A stretch of DNA of 30,000 bases from Paraburkholderia phytofirmans (GTDB lineage Bacteria > Pseudomonadota > Gammaproteobacteria > Burkholderiales > Burkholderiaceae): assembly GCF_046028095.1 (NCBI RefSeq), contig NZ_JAQQDJ010000003.1:45033-75032 (forward strand). The letters run 5' to 3'. Below are positions 7,783 to 16,073 of this stretch, in pieces (position 1 is the first letter of the stretch; each line of letters starts with the position of its first letter). The notes beneath the pieces were generated by a model, which searched no databases, had not been told where the DNA came from, and saw only the letters and a list, made by a program, of their open reading frames with translations. Made by a program: the position numbers and the translations under genes.

Positions 7783-8892
7783 ATGAAAAAGTTTGCCTTG
7801 AGTTTGAGCACGGCCGCAGCGCTGGCATTGAGCAGCCACGTCGCGCATGCGCAAAGCAGTATCACGTTGTACGGCATTATCGACGCCGGCCTGACGTACT
7901 TCAGCAATCTGAACGGCCATGGCACATTCGTCGCGAACGACGGCTCGATTCAGTCCAATCGCTGGGGCTTGCGCGGCGTGGAAGATATCGGCGGGGGCAC
8001 GAAAGTCGTCTTTGTCCTGGAGAACGGTTTCAATCTCTATTCGGGGACGATGGTGCAATCCGGCGTTCTGTTCAGCCGTCAGGCGTGGTTGGGTCTGAGC
8101 GCGCCGAAGTACGGCACGTTCACGCTCGGCAAGCAATATGATTTCTTCTGGGACAACCTCACGCAGTTCGCGATGGGGCAGGTTGCGGGCCAATATGCAT
8201 GGCATCCGGGTGACTTCGATCACCTTGCGGGCACATTGCATATCAACAACGCGCTCAAATATACGTCGCCGAACTATGGCGGCTTTTCCGCGGGCACGTT
8301 GTACGCGTTTCCTTCTCAGTCGGTCACCGCAGGCACTGGCCGTGTGATTGCCTTCGGACTGCGTTATTCGAACGGCCCGCTGAATCTCGGCGCGGCTTAT
8401 ACGGACACGCATGACCTCGGTGTGAATGCACCGACGCAGGCGGGCACCACGCTGTTTCCCGATCTGCCTGCCGGTCCGGTGATTGCGAATAGCGTCAGTA
8501 GTTTCGGCATTGGCGGCAGTTACCGCTTTGGCCGCAGCCTGACTCGTCTGCTGTTCACCGATACGCATTTCCGCGTTCGCAATGACAGCGGTTCGATGAC
8601 CACTTACGAGGCTAACGAAGTATTCCAGCTCACGCCCGCCACTACGCTGATGGGCGGCTATTGGTACAGCAAGCTCGAAGCGCAGAAATGGCAGAACGTG
8701 ACGGTGCTGCTCGACTATGCGTTGTCCAAGCGCACCGACGTCTATACGAGCGCCACGTATCTGCGTGCTTCGGGCGGCGCCGCGCCTGTGTTTCTCGGCG
8801 GTGGCGCGGCGCCTGTGTTTGCGAATGGCGAGTATGTGAGTACTGGCCAATCGTCGACGGCGGTACGCATTGGCCTTCGCACGTTGTTTTAG
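7783..8892 (+). CDS. Outer-membrane general porin (Gram-negative trimeric porin type)
   Basis: RBS GGAGA. Signal peptide MKKFALSLSTAAALALSSHVAHA followed by mature QSSITLYGIIDAG. Alternating beta-strand pattern and C-terminal ...RIGLRTLF. The ORF-track start at 7750 is rejected in favour of ATG 7783. Confidence 0.9.
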   Translation: MKKFALSLSTAAALALSSHVAHAQSSITLYGIIDAGLTYFSNLNGHGTFVANDGSIQSNRWGLRGVEDIGGGTKVVFVLENGFNLYSGTMVQSGVLFSRQAWLGLSAPKYGTFTLGKQYDFFWDNLTQFAMGQVAGQYAWHPGDFDHLAGTLHINNALKYTSPNYGGFSAGTLYAFPSQSVTAGTGRVIAFGLRYSNGPLNLGAAYTDTHDLGVNAPTQAGTTLFPDLPAGPVIANSVSSFGIGGSYRFGRSLTRLLFTDTHFRVRNDSGSMTTYEANEVFQLTPATTLMGGYWYSKLEAQKWQNVTVLLDYALSKRTDVYTSATYLRASGGAAPVFLGGGAAPVFANGEYVSTGQSSTAVRIGLRTLF

Positions 8893-8910
8893 GCTTCCGT
8901 TTGACAGGTT

Positions 8911-8943
8911 CGCCTGATCGGCGGTCGTTCCGTCGATCGGGCG
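8911..8943. terminator. 14-bp imperfect hairpin between convergent genes (porin / oxidoreductase)
   Basis: CGCCTGATCGGCGG-tcgtt-CCGTCGATCGGGCG with two G-U pairs. No flanking U-tracts. Confidence 0.4.
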
Positions 8944-8960
8944 CCCTGACGTTCAGATCC

Positions 8961-9929
8961 TCAGCGCAGTATCTGATCGATGACGCGCTGATTGGCAAGC
9001 GAACTCTCAAGAGAAAATGCGAGCCCTGTTGTACGGCCAAAGACGGTGTCCGAGAAGTCCTCTACCATCGCCTGGTACTGGTCGACATCGCTGAACTCTT
9101 GCGTGTGCTCGCTACCGGTTGCATCCAAACGATGACGGACTTGTGCGGGGCCATAGCTACCTGGATTGAAAGGCGCGTCGACGCTCAGCCATCCTTTGGT
9201 GCCGTGAAAGATCATGTGCTGGCGGCGCGCCATCTGGGTGCCGCAATAGAAGCTCAGCGTGAACCCCGGAAAATCCGCGACGCAGCGAGCGAAGCGGTCA
9301 GTGCCGAAACGCGGGTCCAACACGATCTTGCCCTGAATGCGATCCGGTTCGAGCCCGGTCGCAAGACGCGTGGTGACGACCGGATACACGCCGATGTCTC
9401 GCACCCCGCCGCCGCCCAGCGCGAGATTGTTCTTGAGCGCGCCGGGGTCGTCATTGAAGTAGGTAAAAGAGCCTTCCACCAGATTGAGTTCGCCGATCAG
9501 GCCTTGCGCAAGACTGTCGCGCACATAGGCCCACTGCGGATGATGCGCGACCATGAACGCTTCGCCGCATACAAGGCCCGTCTGATCGCGCAAAGCAATC
9601 AGTTCCTGAACCTCGCCAGCGCTCATGGCAATCGGTTTCTCGCACAACACATGCTTGCCGCCGAGCAACGCTTTCTTGCACCACTCGAAGTGGCTTGCCG
9701 TCGGTAGTGGAATATAGATCGCGTCGACGTCCCGGCTTGCGATCACTTCCTCATAGCTGGCCGATACATGGGCGATGTCATGCTTCGTCGCGAACGCTTG
9801 TGCGCGGGCGAGATCGCGGCTGGCTACCGTCGTCACCCGGCCATTGCGCGATCGCTGCAAAGCCGGCACCAGGAAGTTGTTCGCGATCTTTGCGGCGCCC
9901 AATACGCCCCAGCGGACTCTGTCTGTCAT
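8961..9929 (-). CDS. Gfo/Idh/MocA-family NAD(P)-dependent oxidoreductase
   Basis: N-terminal Rossmann segment VRWGVLGAAKIA, the EKP motif (VLCEKPIA), 322 aa, and RBS AAGGA. Confidence 0.9.
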   Translation of the reverse strand: MTDRVRWGVLGAAKIANNFLVPALQRSRNGRVTTVASRDLARAQAFATKHDIAHVSASYEEVIASRDVDAIYIPLPTASHFEWCKKALLGGKHVLCEKPIAMSAGEVQELIALRDQTGLVCGEAFMVAHHPQWAYVRDSLAQGLIGELNLVEGSFTYFNDDPGALKNNLALGGGGVRDIGVYPVVTTRLATGLEPDRIQGKIVLDPRFGTDRFARCVADFPGFTLSFYCGTQMARRQHMIFHGTKGWLSVDAPFNPGSYGPAQVRHRLDATGSEHTQEFSDVDQYQAMVEDFSDTVFGRTTGLAFSLESSLANQRVIDQILR

Positions 9930-9970
9930 TGTCGTTCCTTTATGGTTGATGCGATGCGCGCGTCGCGCTG

Positions 9971-10822
9971 TTAGCAGACGTTCTGCAAGCGGTCCGCACA
10001 GATTGCCAGAACTTCATCTGGATCTCGCAGCCACCAGTCTTGCGCGGAGAAAATCTCGACCTCGACCAGCCCATCGTAGCCGGCACTTTCGATAGTTTGC
10101 CGCACGGCAGGCAGGTCGATGACGCCGTCGCCCATCATGCCCCGATCGAGCAATACGTCTCGCGTTTCGCGCAGCCAGTCACATACGTGATACGCAAGAA
10201 TTCTCCCAGCGCGTCCCGCTGCTTCGATTGAAGCCGTCAGGGCAGGATCCCACCAGCAATGATAGACATCGACGGCAACGCCGAGCATGCCCGATCGATC
10301 TTTATCCACGCGCTCGCAAATGTCCAACGCCTGCGCGATGGTGTTGAGCACCGCACGGTCGGCCGCGTACACGGGATGCAGCGGCTCGAGCGCAAGCGGC
10401 ACGCCACAATCGCGAGCGGTTTCCAGCAGCATCGCAATGCCTTCGATGACCTGGTTTCGCGCGCCGTCCAGATCGCGGCGGCCTTCGGGCAATCCGCCTA
10501 CCACCATCACAAAACAACGCGCCCCGAGAGTGGCCGCATCGCGCAACGCAGCGCGATTAGCTTCGACATTCGCCATGAATTCCACCGACGTCGCCGCCGG
10601 CAAGTAAGTCGAGCGGCAATAGCCGGTCACGGTGAGATCGAGCGCCTTGATCTGTCTTGCGATCTGCGCGAGATCGGTTTCCTCGACTTCGCGACGCCAC
10701 GGCGCAATCCCGCCGAATCCGGCTTTGGCAATGCGGTCAATCGTGCGGCTGAGCGGCTCCCGATGCCCCAGCGTCGCGGTATTGATGGAGCACAGGTCGA
10801 GTCTTCCTTGCAGGTTTCTCAT
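9971..10822 (-). CDS. Sugar phosphate isomerase/epimerase (xylose-isomerase-like TIM barrel; IolE/LgdB-type fold)
   Basis: Start MRNLQGRLDLCSINTATLG is typical of this family. 284 aa. The ORF-track extension to 10921 is rejected because it is R/S/C-rich with no RBS and lies in the Dabb gene region. Confidence 0.85.
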   Translation of the reverse strand: MRNLQGRLDLCSINTATLGHREPLSRTIDRIAKAGFGGIAPWRREVEETDLAQIARQIKALDLTVTGYCRSTYLPAATSVEFMANVEANRAALRDAATLGARCFVMVVGGLPEGRRDLDGARNQVIEGIAMLLETARDCGVPLALEPLHPVYAADRAVLNTIAQALDICERVDKDRSGMLGVAVDVYHCWWDPALTASIEAAGRAGRILAYHVCDWLRETRDVLLDRGMMGDGVIDLPAVRQTIESAGYDGLVEVEIFSAQDWWLRDPDEVLAICADRLQNVC

Positions 10823-11156
10823 AAGTTTCCAGATCGATATCGAACACGAGCAGGCCTTGCGCGCCGCCATCGAGCGCTTCGAGCAGACGCGCGCCGATCG
10901 CCTGATGCGTTGGATGCGCAAGATACGCGAAGCAGGCGGCGCGGCTCTCGAAGTCCATCATGAAGCCGTCGGCGAAGTTCATGCCGTAGCCTTCCGGCGA
11001 TACATTCGGCCCGCACTGAAAGTTCGTGAAGGCAATGCCGGGCACTTCCGTCAACCGACGGATCTGCCCGAAGAACGCGAGCCGCCGCGCCGGCGTGACG
11101 TCGGCGCGAAACCGGCAGAACACCATGTGCCGCACAGGACCGGTCGGGCGGCTCAT
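10737..11156 (-). CDS. Dabb (stress-responsive alpha/beta-barrel) domain protein with about 30-aa C-terminal tail
   Basis: GPVRHMVFCRFRADVTP...FAYLAHPTHQAI...LLVFDI matches the Dabb pattern. GGAGA lies 6 nt before ATG 11156. The stop at 10737 lies 86 nt inside the downstream gene. Confidence 0.75.
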   Translation of the reverse strand: MSRPTGPVRHMVFCRFRADVTPARRLAFFGQIRRLTEVPGIAFTNFQCGPNVSPEGYGMNFADGFMMDFESRAACFAYLAHPTHQAIGARLLEALDGGAQGLLVFDIDLETYEKPARKTRPVLHQYRDAGASGAAQPHD

Positions 11157-11158
11157 CG

Positions 11159-12328
11159 TCAGTCTCCGCAACCGAGGGGCGCCATGACGCGGCGAATGCG
11201 CGCGACGGCATCCGCGGGATCACGCAGAAGGCGGGCTCGATCGGCGAGGCGGAAGACGTCGGCGAGGTAGGCGGGCGGACGCATGCCATGGTGGCCGCCG
11301 GGCATGAAGAAGTGATCCTGGAAGCCGTTCAGGTACGCGAGGAACACCACGCCCGTCTTGTAGTACTGCGTGGGCGCGCGAAAGATGTGGCGCGAAAGCG
11401 GCACGGTCGGCGCGAGCAACGCGTTGAAGCTGGCCTTATCGTTTGCGGCAAGCGCGGACAATGCCTGCGATGCGGCCGGCGCAATCGCGTCGAAGATGCC
11501 GAGCAACGCATGCGAAAAATGCGTGCCGTCTCCGGCGATCAGCGCGGGATAGTTGAAGTCGTCGCCGGTGTACATTTTTACGCCGTGCGGCAGGCGCTGA
11601 CGGAACGCGATTTCTTTCTGCTCGTCGAGCAGCGAGATCTTGATGCCGTCGACCTTGGACGCACTCGTGCCGATGATGTCGAGACACAGCTGCGCCGCGT
11701 CGGGAAATTCACTGGCGCCCCAGTAGCCCGCGAGTTCTGGGTCGAACATCTCGCCGAGCCAATGCAAGATCACTGGTTGATCGCACATGGCGAGCACTTC
11801 GCGATACACGCGCCGGTAATCGTCCGGCGTGCGCGCAACCCGCGCGAGCGCGCGGCTCGCCATCAGGATCACGCGACCGCCCACGCGCTGCACCGCCTCG
11901 AGTTGCTCGGCATACGCGCGGATCACCTGATCGCAGTTCGCGACCGAGGCGGGCGCGATGTGGTCCGTGCCGCAGCCCGACGCGATGGCCGCGCCCGGAA
12001 TGTCGCGCGTGCCTTCGATGCTGCGCGTGATCAGTTCGAGCGCCGTGCTCCACGGCAAGCCCATGCCGCGCTGCGCGGTATCCATCGCTTCGGCAATGCC
12101 GAGACCTTGCTGCAACAGATAGCGCCGGTAAGCGATCGTGCGCTCCCAGTCGATGGCGGGCGCGGCATTCAGTTCGCCCGCGCGCAGCGGGTCGGCCACC
12201 ACGTGCGCCGCGGAATACGCGATGCGGTTGAAAGCGCGTGCGGGCGAGCGTACCTCGAGCGGCACGCCTTCTACGCGATACGTTTCCATCGTGCCGGATG
12301 CGGCCGGAAGTTTGATTGACAGGTTCAT
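11159..12328 (-). CDS. DUF993-family protein (DHDPS-like TIM barrel, no assigned reaction)
   Basis: Motifs RIAYSAAHVVADP, IDWERT.AYRRYL, and GIAEAMDTAQRGMGLPW are as I remember them for DUF993 proteins. Start ATG 12328 (MNLSIKLP) lies 7 nt after the SDR stop. The ORF-track start at 12412 overlaps the SDR gene and is rejected. Confidence 0.75.
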   Translation of the reverse strand: MNLSIKLPAASGTMETYRVEGVPLEVRSPARAFNRIAYSAAHVVADPLRAGELNAAPAIDWERTIAYRRYLLQQGLGIAEAMDTAQRGMGLPWSTALELITRSIEGTRDIPGAAIASGCGTDHIAPASVANCDQVIRAYAEQLEAVQRVGGRVILMASRALARVARTPDDYRRVYREVLAMCDQPVILHWLGEMFDPELAGYWGASEFPDAAQLCLDIIGTSASKVDGIKISLLDEQKEIAFRQRLPHGVKMYTGDDFNYPALIAGDGTHFSHALLGIFDAIAPAASQALSALAANDKASFNALLAPTVPLSRHIFRAPTQYYKTGVVFLAYLNGFQDHFFMPGGHHGMRPPAYLADVFRLADRARLLRDPADAVARIRRVMAPLGCGD

Positions 12329-12335
12329 ATGCAAC

Positions 12336-13115
12336 TCAGTATTTGGTGACGAGCAGGCCGCCGTCGATACGGATCGCCTGGCCGACGCTATAGGGGAGCC
12401 CGCCCGTTGCAAGCGTGCGCACGGTGGTCGCCACTTCTTGCGGCGTGCCCCAACGCTTGATCGCGGTGAGCCCTTGCTCGATCTGCGCGTCGTAGCGCGC
12501 GCGAGACGGCGCCGTCATTTCGGTTTCGATCAGGCCGGGCTGCACTTCGTACACGCTGATGCCGTGTTCGGCGAGGCGCAGCGAGAACAACGTGTTCGCC
12601 ATGGAAAGTCCGGCCTTGGACACGCAGTATTCGCCGCGCAACGGCGACGCGGCGATTGCGTTCGACGATGTGATCGTGATGACGGAAGGATGCGGCGCGA
12701 CAGCGCCGCCGGAGCGCGCGAGGCAGTGTTTCGCGAAGGCCTGCGTGAGAAAGAACGTGCCCCGCGTATTCACCGCGATACAACGGTCGAAACTCTCCGG
12801 CGTGACGTCGAGCAGATCGCCGCGCGACATCACCGAGACGCCCGCGTTGTTCACGAGGCAATCGATCTGGCCTTCGAGCGTGGCTTCGATCTCACGCAAC
12901 GTGGCAGCATGCGAGTCGATGTCGGCGAGATCGGAGATGACCGCGATTGCACGCGCGCCGGTTCGTTCGACCTCGCGCACGGCGTCGTCGAGTTCTTGCG
13001 ATGCTGCCGCATCGGTCAACGCGACGTCGAAACCGGCGCGCCCGAGTTCGACGGCGATCGCGCGGCCGATGCCGCGTCGGCTGCCCGTGACAAGAGCAAT
13101 GGGACGCGCACTCAT
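12336..13115 (-). CDS. Short-chain dehydrogenase/reductase (3-oxoacyl reductase-like)
   Basis: [12 protein letters not shown] cofactor motif, NNAG, and catalytic YCVSKAG (YxxxK). 259 aa. The start overlaps the ACAD stop as ATGA. Confidence 0.9.
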   Translation of the reverse strand: MSARPIALVTGSRRGIGRAIAVELGRAGFDVALTDAAASQELDDAVREVERTGARAIAVISDLADIDSHAATLREIEATLEGQIDCLVNNAGVSVMSRGDLLDVTPESFDRCIAVNTRGTFFLTQAFAKHCLARSGGAVAPHPSVITITSSNAIAASPLRGEYCVSKAGLSMANTLFSLRLAEHGISVYEVQPGLIETEMTAPSRARYDAQIEQGLTAIKRWGTPQEVATTVRTLATGGLPYSVGQAIRIDGGLLVTKY

Positions 13116-14257
13116 AGCGTGGCTCCGTTGGCGATCAGATCGCGCGCGACGATGGTGCGTTGAATCTGGTTGGTACCTTCGTAGATCTGCGTGATCTTCG
13201 CGTCGCGATACAGACGCTCGACTTCATAGCCGCGAATGTAGCCGCTGCCGCCGAAAATCTGCACGGCGTTCGCGCTGTGCTTGACGGCGGCATCGCCCGC
13301 GAAACACTTCGCCATCGAACACGCAATGCTCGCGCGTTCGCCCGCTTCGAGCCGTTCCGCCGCATCGTGCACGAGCAGCCGCGCGGCCTGGATGTCGGTT
13401 GCCATGTCCGCCAGCATCCACTGAATGCCCTGGAATTCGGCGATATGGCTGCCAAATTGCTTGCGTGTCTGCGCGTAATCGAGCGCGGCTTCGAGACCCG
13501 CCTGCGCGATGCCGACGGCGAGCGCCGCAATGCCCACACGACCCTTGTCGAGCACACTCATCATGATGTGGAAGCCGCGGCCTTCCTGGCCGAGCAGCGC
13601 GTCTTGCGGCAGCTTCACGCGATCGAAATGCAGTTCGCCAACTTGCGACGCGCGCTGGCCCATCTTGTGTTCCTTCGCGCCTTTCGACACACCGGCGAGC
13701 GCGCAGTCCACGATGAAGATGCTCATGCCGCGCCGGCCCGCGGCGGGATCGGTGCGCGCGAGCACGAACGCGACGTCCGCGACCGGCGCGTTGTGGATCC
13801 ACAGTTTCGCGCCGCTGAGCTCCCAGCCGTCCGGCGTGCGGACCGCAGTGGTGCGGATGCCCGACACGTCGGTGCCGGCGTCCGCTTCGGTGATGCAATA
13901 CGCGGGACGCAGCTTCGCGCGCAGCAGCGGCTCCATGTATTTTGCGCGCTGCGAGCCGGTGCCGTGCACCGAAAGCAGTGTGCCGACCAGCTCAAGCAGA
14001 CCGCATTGATCCGCCACCGACGCGTAACCGCGCGACAGTTCCTCCATCACCAGCGCATACGCTGTGACGTCGAGCCCGGCGCCGCCGAACGCTTCGGGAA
14101 CGGTAATGCCGAACAGGCCCAACTCGCCCATCTGCGTATAGATCTCGGCCGGAAAGCGCTCGTCGCGATCCAGTTCTTCCGTGATCGGACGAATCACTTC
14201 CTGCGCGAAACGGCGCGTGGTTTCGCGAATCTGCTGGTGCGTGTCTGAGAGTTTCAT
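13112..14257 (-). CDS. Acyl-CoA dehydrogenase (short/branched-chain type)
   Basis: 381 aa. Motifs: FP.E....[15 protein letters not shown]-terminal [39 protein letters not shown]. Confidence 0.9.
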   Translation of the reverse strand: MKLSDTHQQIRETTRRFAQEVIRPITEELDRDERFPAEIYTQMGELGLFGITVPEAFGGAGLDVTAYALVMEELSRGYASVADQCGLLELVGTLLSVHGTGSQRAKYMEPLLRAKLRPAYCITEADAGTDVSGIRTTAVRTPDGWELSGAKLWIHNAPVADVAFVLARTDPAAGRRGMSIFIVDCALAGVSKGAKEHKMGQRASQVGELHFDRVKLPQDALLGQEGRGFHIMMSVLDKGRVGIAALAVGIAQAGLEAALDYAQTRKQFGSHIAEFQGIQWMLADMATDIQAARLLVHDAAERLEAGERASIACSMAKCFAGDAAVKHSANAVQIFGGSGYIRGYEVERLYRDAKITQIYEGTNQIQRTIVARDLIANGATL

Positions 14258-14360
14258 GCTGTCTCCATCGTATCGATCGGTACCTGTTTTTGCGCCTCAC
14301 TGGGCTCGTTCAGGTAAACCCGAGCCTCGCGCATCGCTACTTGAATTACGTGTTTTCATG

Positions 14361-14392
14361 TGCCAACATTGGCAACAAGTAACCAACTGGTT
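14361..14392. promoter_or_regulatory. Two candidate operator palindromes: TGCCAA-CA-TTGGCA (14361-14374) and AACCA-AC-TGGTT (14381-14392)
   Basis: Read directly. Both sit at or just downstream of the predicted minus-strand transcription start, in the ACAD / CoA-transferase divergent region. Confidence 0.4.
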
Positions 14393-14396
14393 CGTT

Positions 14397-14425
14397 ATTT
14401 AAGACCAACGAATCGCCGCTGTCAA
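14397..14425 (-). promoter_or_regulatory. Candidate sigma70 promoter for the ACAD operon: TTGACA-N17-TTAAAT (minus strand)
   Basis: The reverse complement of 14397-14425 reads TTGACAgcggcgattcgttggtcTTAAAT. It lies about 140 nt upstream of the ACAD start. Confidence 0.4.
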
Positions 14426-14446
14426 CGAGGTTTGAAGCCGATCTGA

Positions 14447-16018
14447 GTGGAGGATGGTTTGGATAAATGGATGGATGCCGCCGCGGCGGCCGAGCAGATT
14501 TTCGACGGTGCGACCATCGCGCTGGCCGGTTCCGGCGGCGGTCTGCTCGAACCGGACGCTGTGCTTGCGGCGCTCGAACAGCGCTTTCTTCAGACGGGAC
14601 ATCCGCGTGACCTGACGGTGGTTCACGCGCTCGGCATCGGCGACGGCAAGAGCAGCGGACTCTCACGGTTTGCGCACGCCGGCATGGTGCGGCGTGTGAT
14701 CGGTGGACACTGGAGCTGGTCGCCGGCCATGCAGCAGATGGCGAAAGACAACGCGTTCGAGGCCTACAGTTTTCCCGCCGGTGCGATTTCCACGCTGCTG
14801 CGCGAAATCGGCGCGGGGCGGCCGGGGCTCGTCACGCATGTCGGTTTGCGCACCTTCGTCGATCCGCGTATAGACGGCGGCAAGATCAACGCGCGCGCCA
14901 GTGAGGATCTGGTCGAACTGATCGAACTGGATGGACGCGAGTATCTGCGCTACAAGCCGTTCAAGGTGGACTTCGCGATCGTGCGCGGCTCGTCGGCCGA
15001 TGCGAGCGGCAACGTCACGCTGCGCCGCGAGCCTGCCGATCTCGACACTTACGCCGCGGCGCTCGCCGCTCATAACAGCGGCGGTCGCGTGATCGTCCAG
15101 GTCAAAGAGCGCAACACGCGGAGTTATGTGCCGGCGCGGCTCGTGCGCATTCCGGGCATTCTCGTCGATACGCTTGTCGAGACGCGGGAGCAGGTGCAAT
15201 GCGTGGTCGCCGATTACGACCCGGCGCTGAGCGGCGAATCACTGAGCCCGATCGACGACGGTTTCTACGAAACGCCCACAGGCATCCGTTACATCATCGC
15301 CGCGCGCGCCGCGCAGGAATTGCATGCGGGACAGTCGGCGAATTTCGGCTTCGGCATTCCGGGCGGCATTCCTGGAGTGCTCGCGCAACAGGGCCGGCTC
15401 GGCACGTTCTGGGGCTCGGTAGAGCAGGGCATTCATAACGGCGCGATGCTCGACGGACCGATGTTCGGCACCGCGCGCAACGCGGAAGCGATTCTTTCGA
15501 GCGTCGATCAGTTCGACTTCTATAGCGGCGGCGGCGTGGATATCACGTTCCTCGGCATGGGCGAAATGGATGGCGAGGGCAACATCAACGTGTCGAAGCT
15601 CGGCGCGACGGTGGTGGGGCCGGGTGGTTTCATCGACATCACGCAGGGCGCGCGCAAGATCGTTTTCTGCGGCAGTTTCGAAGCGAAAGGGTTGCAGGTC
15701 GAACAGGCCGGCGCGGGCGTGAAGATCGTGTCGCACGGCAGCGTGCCGAAGCTCGTCGAACGCGTGCAGCACATTACGTTCAGCGGCGAGCAGGCGCGGA
15801 TCGCAAAGCAGGAGGTGTTGTATGTAACGGAGCGCGCGGTGTTCCGGCTCGAAGAGAACGGCGTGCGTTTGATCGAAGTGGCGGAAGGTGTCGACGTCGA
15901 GCGTGATGTGCTGGCGCGTATGTCGTTCCGTCCGCTCGTCGACGAGGCACTGTTGGCGCGAGGCAAAAGTGAAGCACGCGAAGTTCACGCAAATGAAGCA
16001 CACGCGAAAGTGGCATGA
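14447..16018 (+). CDS. Family I CoA-transferase, fused alpha/beta subunits (YdiF-type acyl-CoA:acetate/3-ketoacid CoA-transferase)
   Basis: Collinear by eye with E. coli YdiF: GSGGG.LEP, GHW..SP, G..THVGL.TFVDPR..GGK.N, RIPG.LVD, QFDFY.GGG.D..FLG..E.D..GN.N, FSG. The start is ambiguous: GTG 14447, TTG 14459 (GGAGGA 4 nt upstream) or ATG 14471. Confidence 0.85.
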   Translation: MEDGLDKWMDAAAAAEQIFDGATIALAGSGGGLLEPDAVLAALEQRFLQTGHPRDLTVVHALGIGDGKSSGLSRFAHAGMVRRVIGGHWSWSPAMQQMAKDNAFEAYSFPAGAISTLLREIGAGRPGLVTHVGLRTFVDPRIDGGKINARASEDLVELIELDGREYLRYKPFKVDFAIVRGSSADASGNVTLRREPADLDTYAAALAAHNSGGRVIVQVKERNTRSYVPARLVRIPGILVDTLVETREQVQCVVADYDPALSGESLSPIDDGFYETPTGIRYIIAARAAQELHAGQSANFGFGIPGGIPGVLAQQGRLGTFWGSVEQGIHNGAMLDGPMFGTARNAEAILSSVDQFDFYSGGGVDITFLGMGEMDGEGNINVSKLGATVVGPGGFIDITQGARKIVFCGSFEAKGLQVEQAGAGVKIVSHGSVPKLVERVQHITFSGEQARIAKQEVLYVTERAVFRLEENGVRLIEVAEGVDVERDVLARMSFRPLVDEALLARGKSEAREVHANEAHAKVA

Positions 16019-16035
16019 CGCGGCCCGTGGTGACA

Positions 16036-16060
16036 TGAAGCGTCGCATCCGGACGCTTCA
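16036..16060. terminator. 9-bp hairpin between convergent CoA-transferase and TetR genes
   Basis: TGAAGCGTC-gcatccg-GACGCTTCA was read directly. No U-tract. Confidence 0.4.
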
Positions 16061-16073
16061 GTCCTCGCGGCAA

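Noticed and set aside
6603-7925. 440-aa minus-strand ORF opposite the propeller gene and the porin start
   Set aside because: It crosses an intergenic region, has an R/A-rich composition and has no RBS. The plus-strand gene shows a periodic repeat structure and proper coupling to the upstream gene.
8661-14248. Long plus-strand ORFs (8661-9707, 10259-10963, 11288-12319, 12138-13163, 13160-14248) opposite the minus-strand operon
   Set aside because: Each is the antisense shadow of a gene with clear family signatures. None has an RBS or sensible junctions, whereas the minus-strand genes are tightly coupled.
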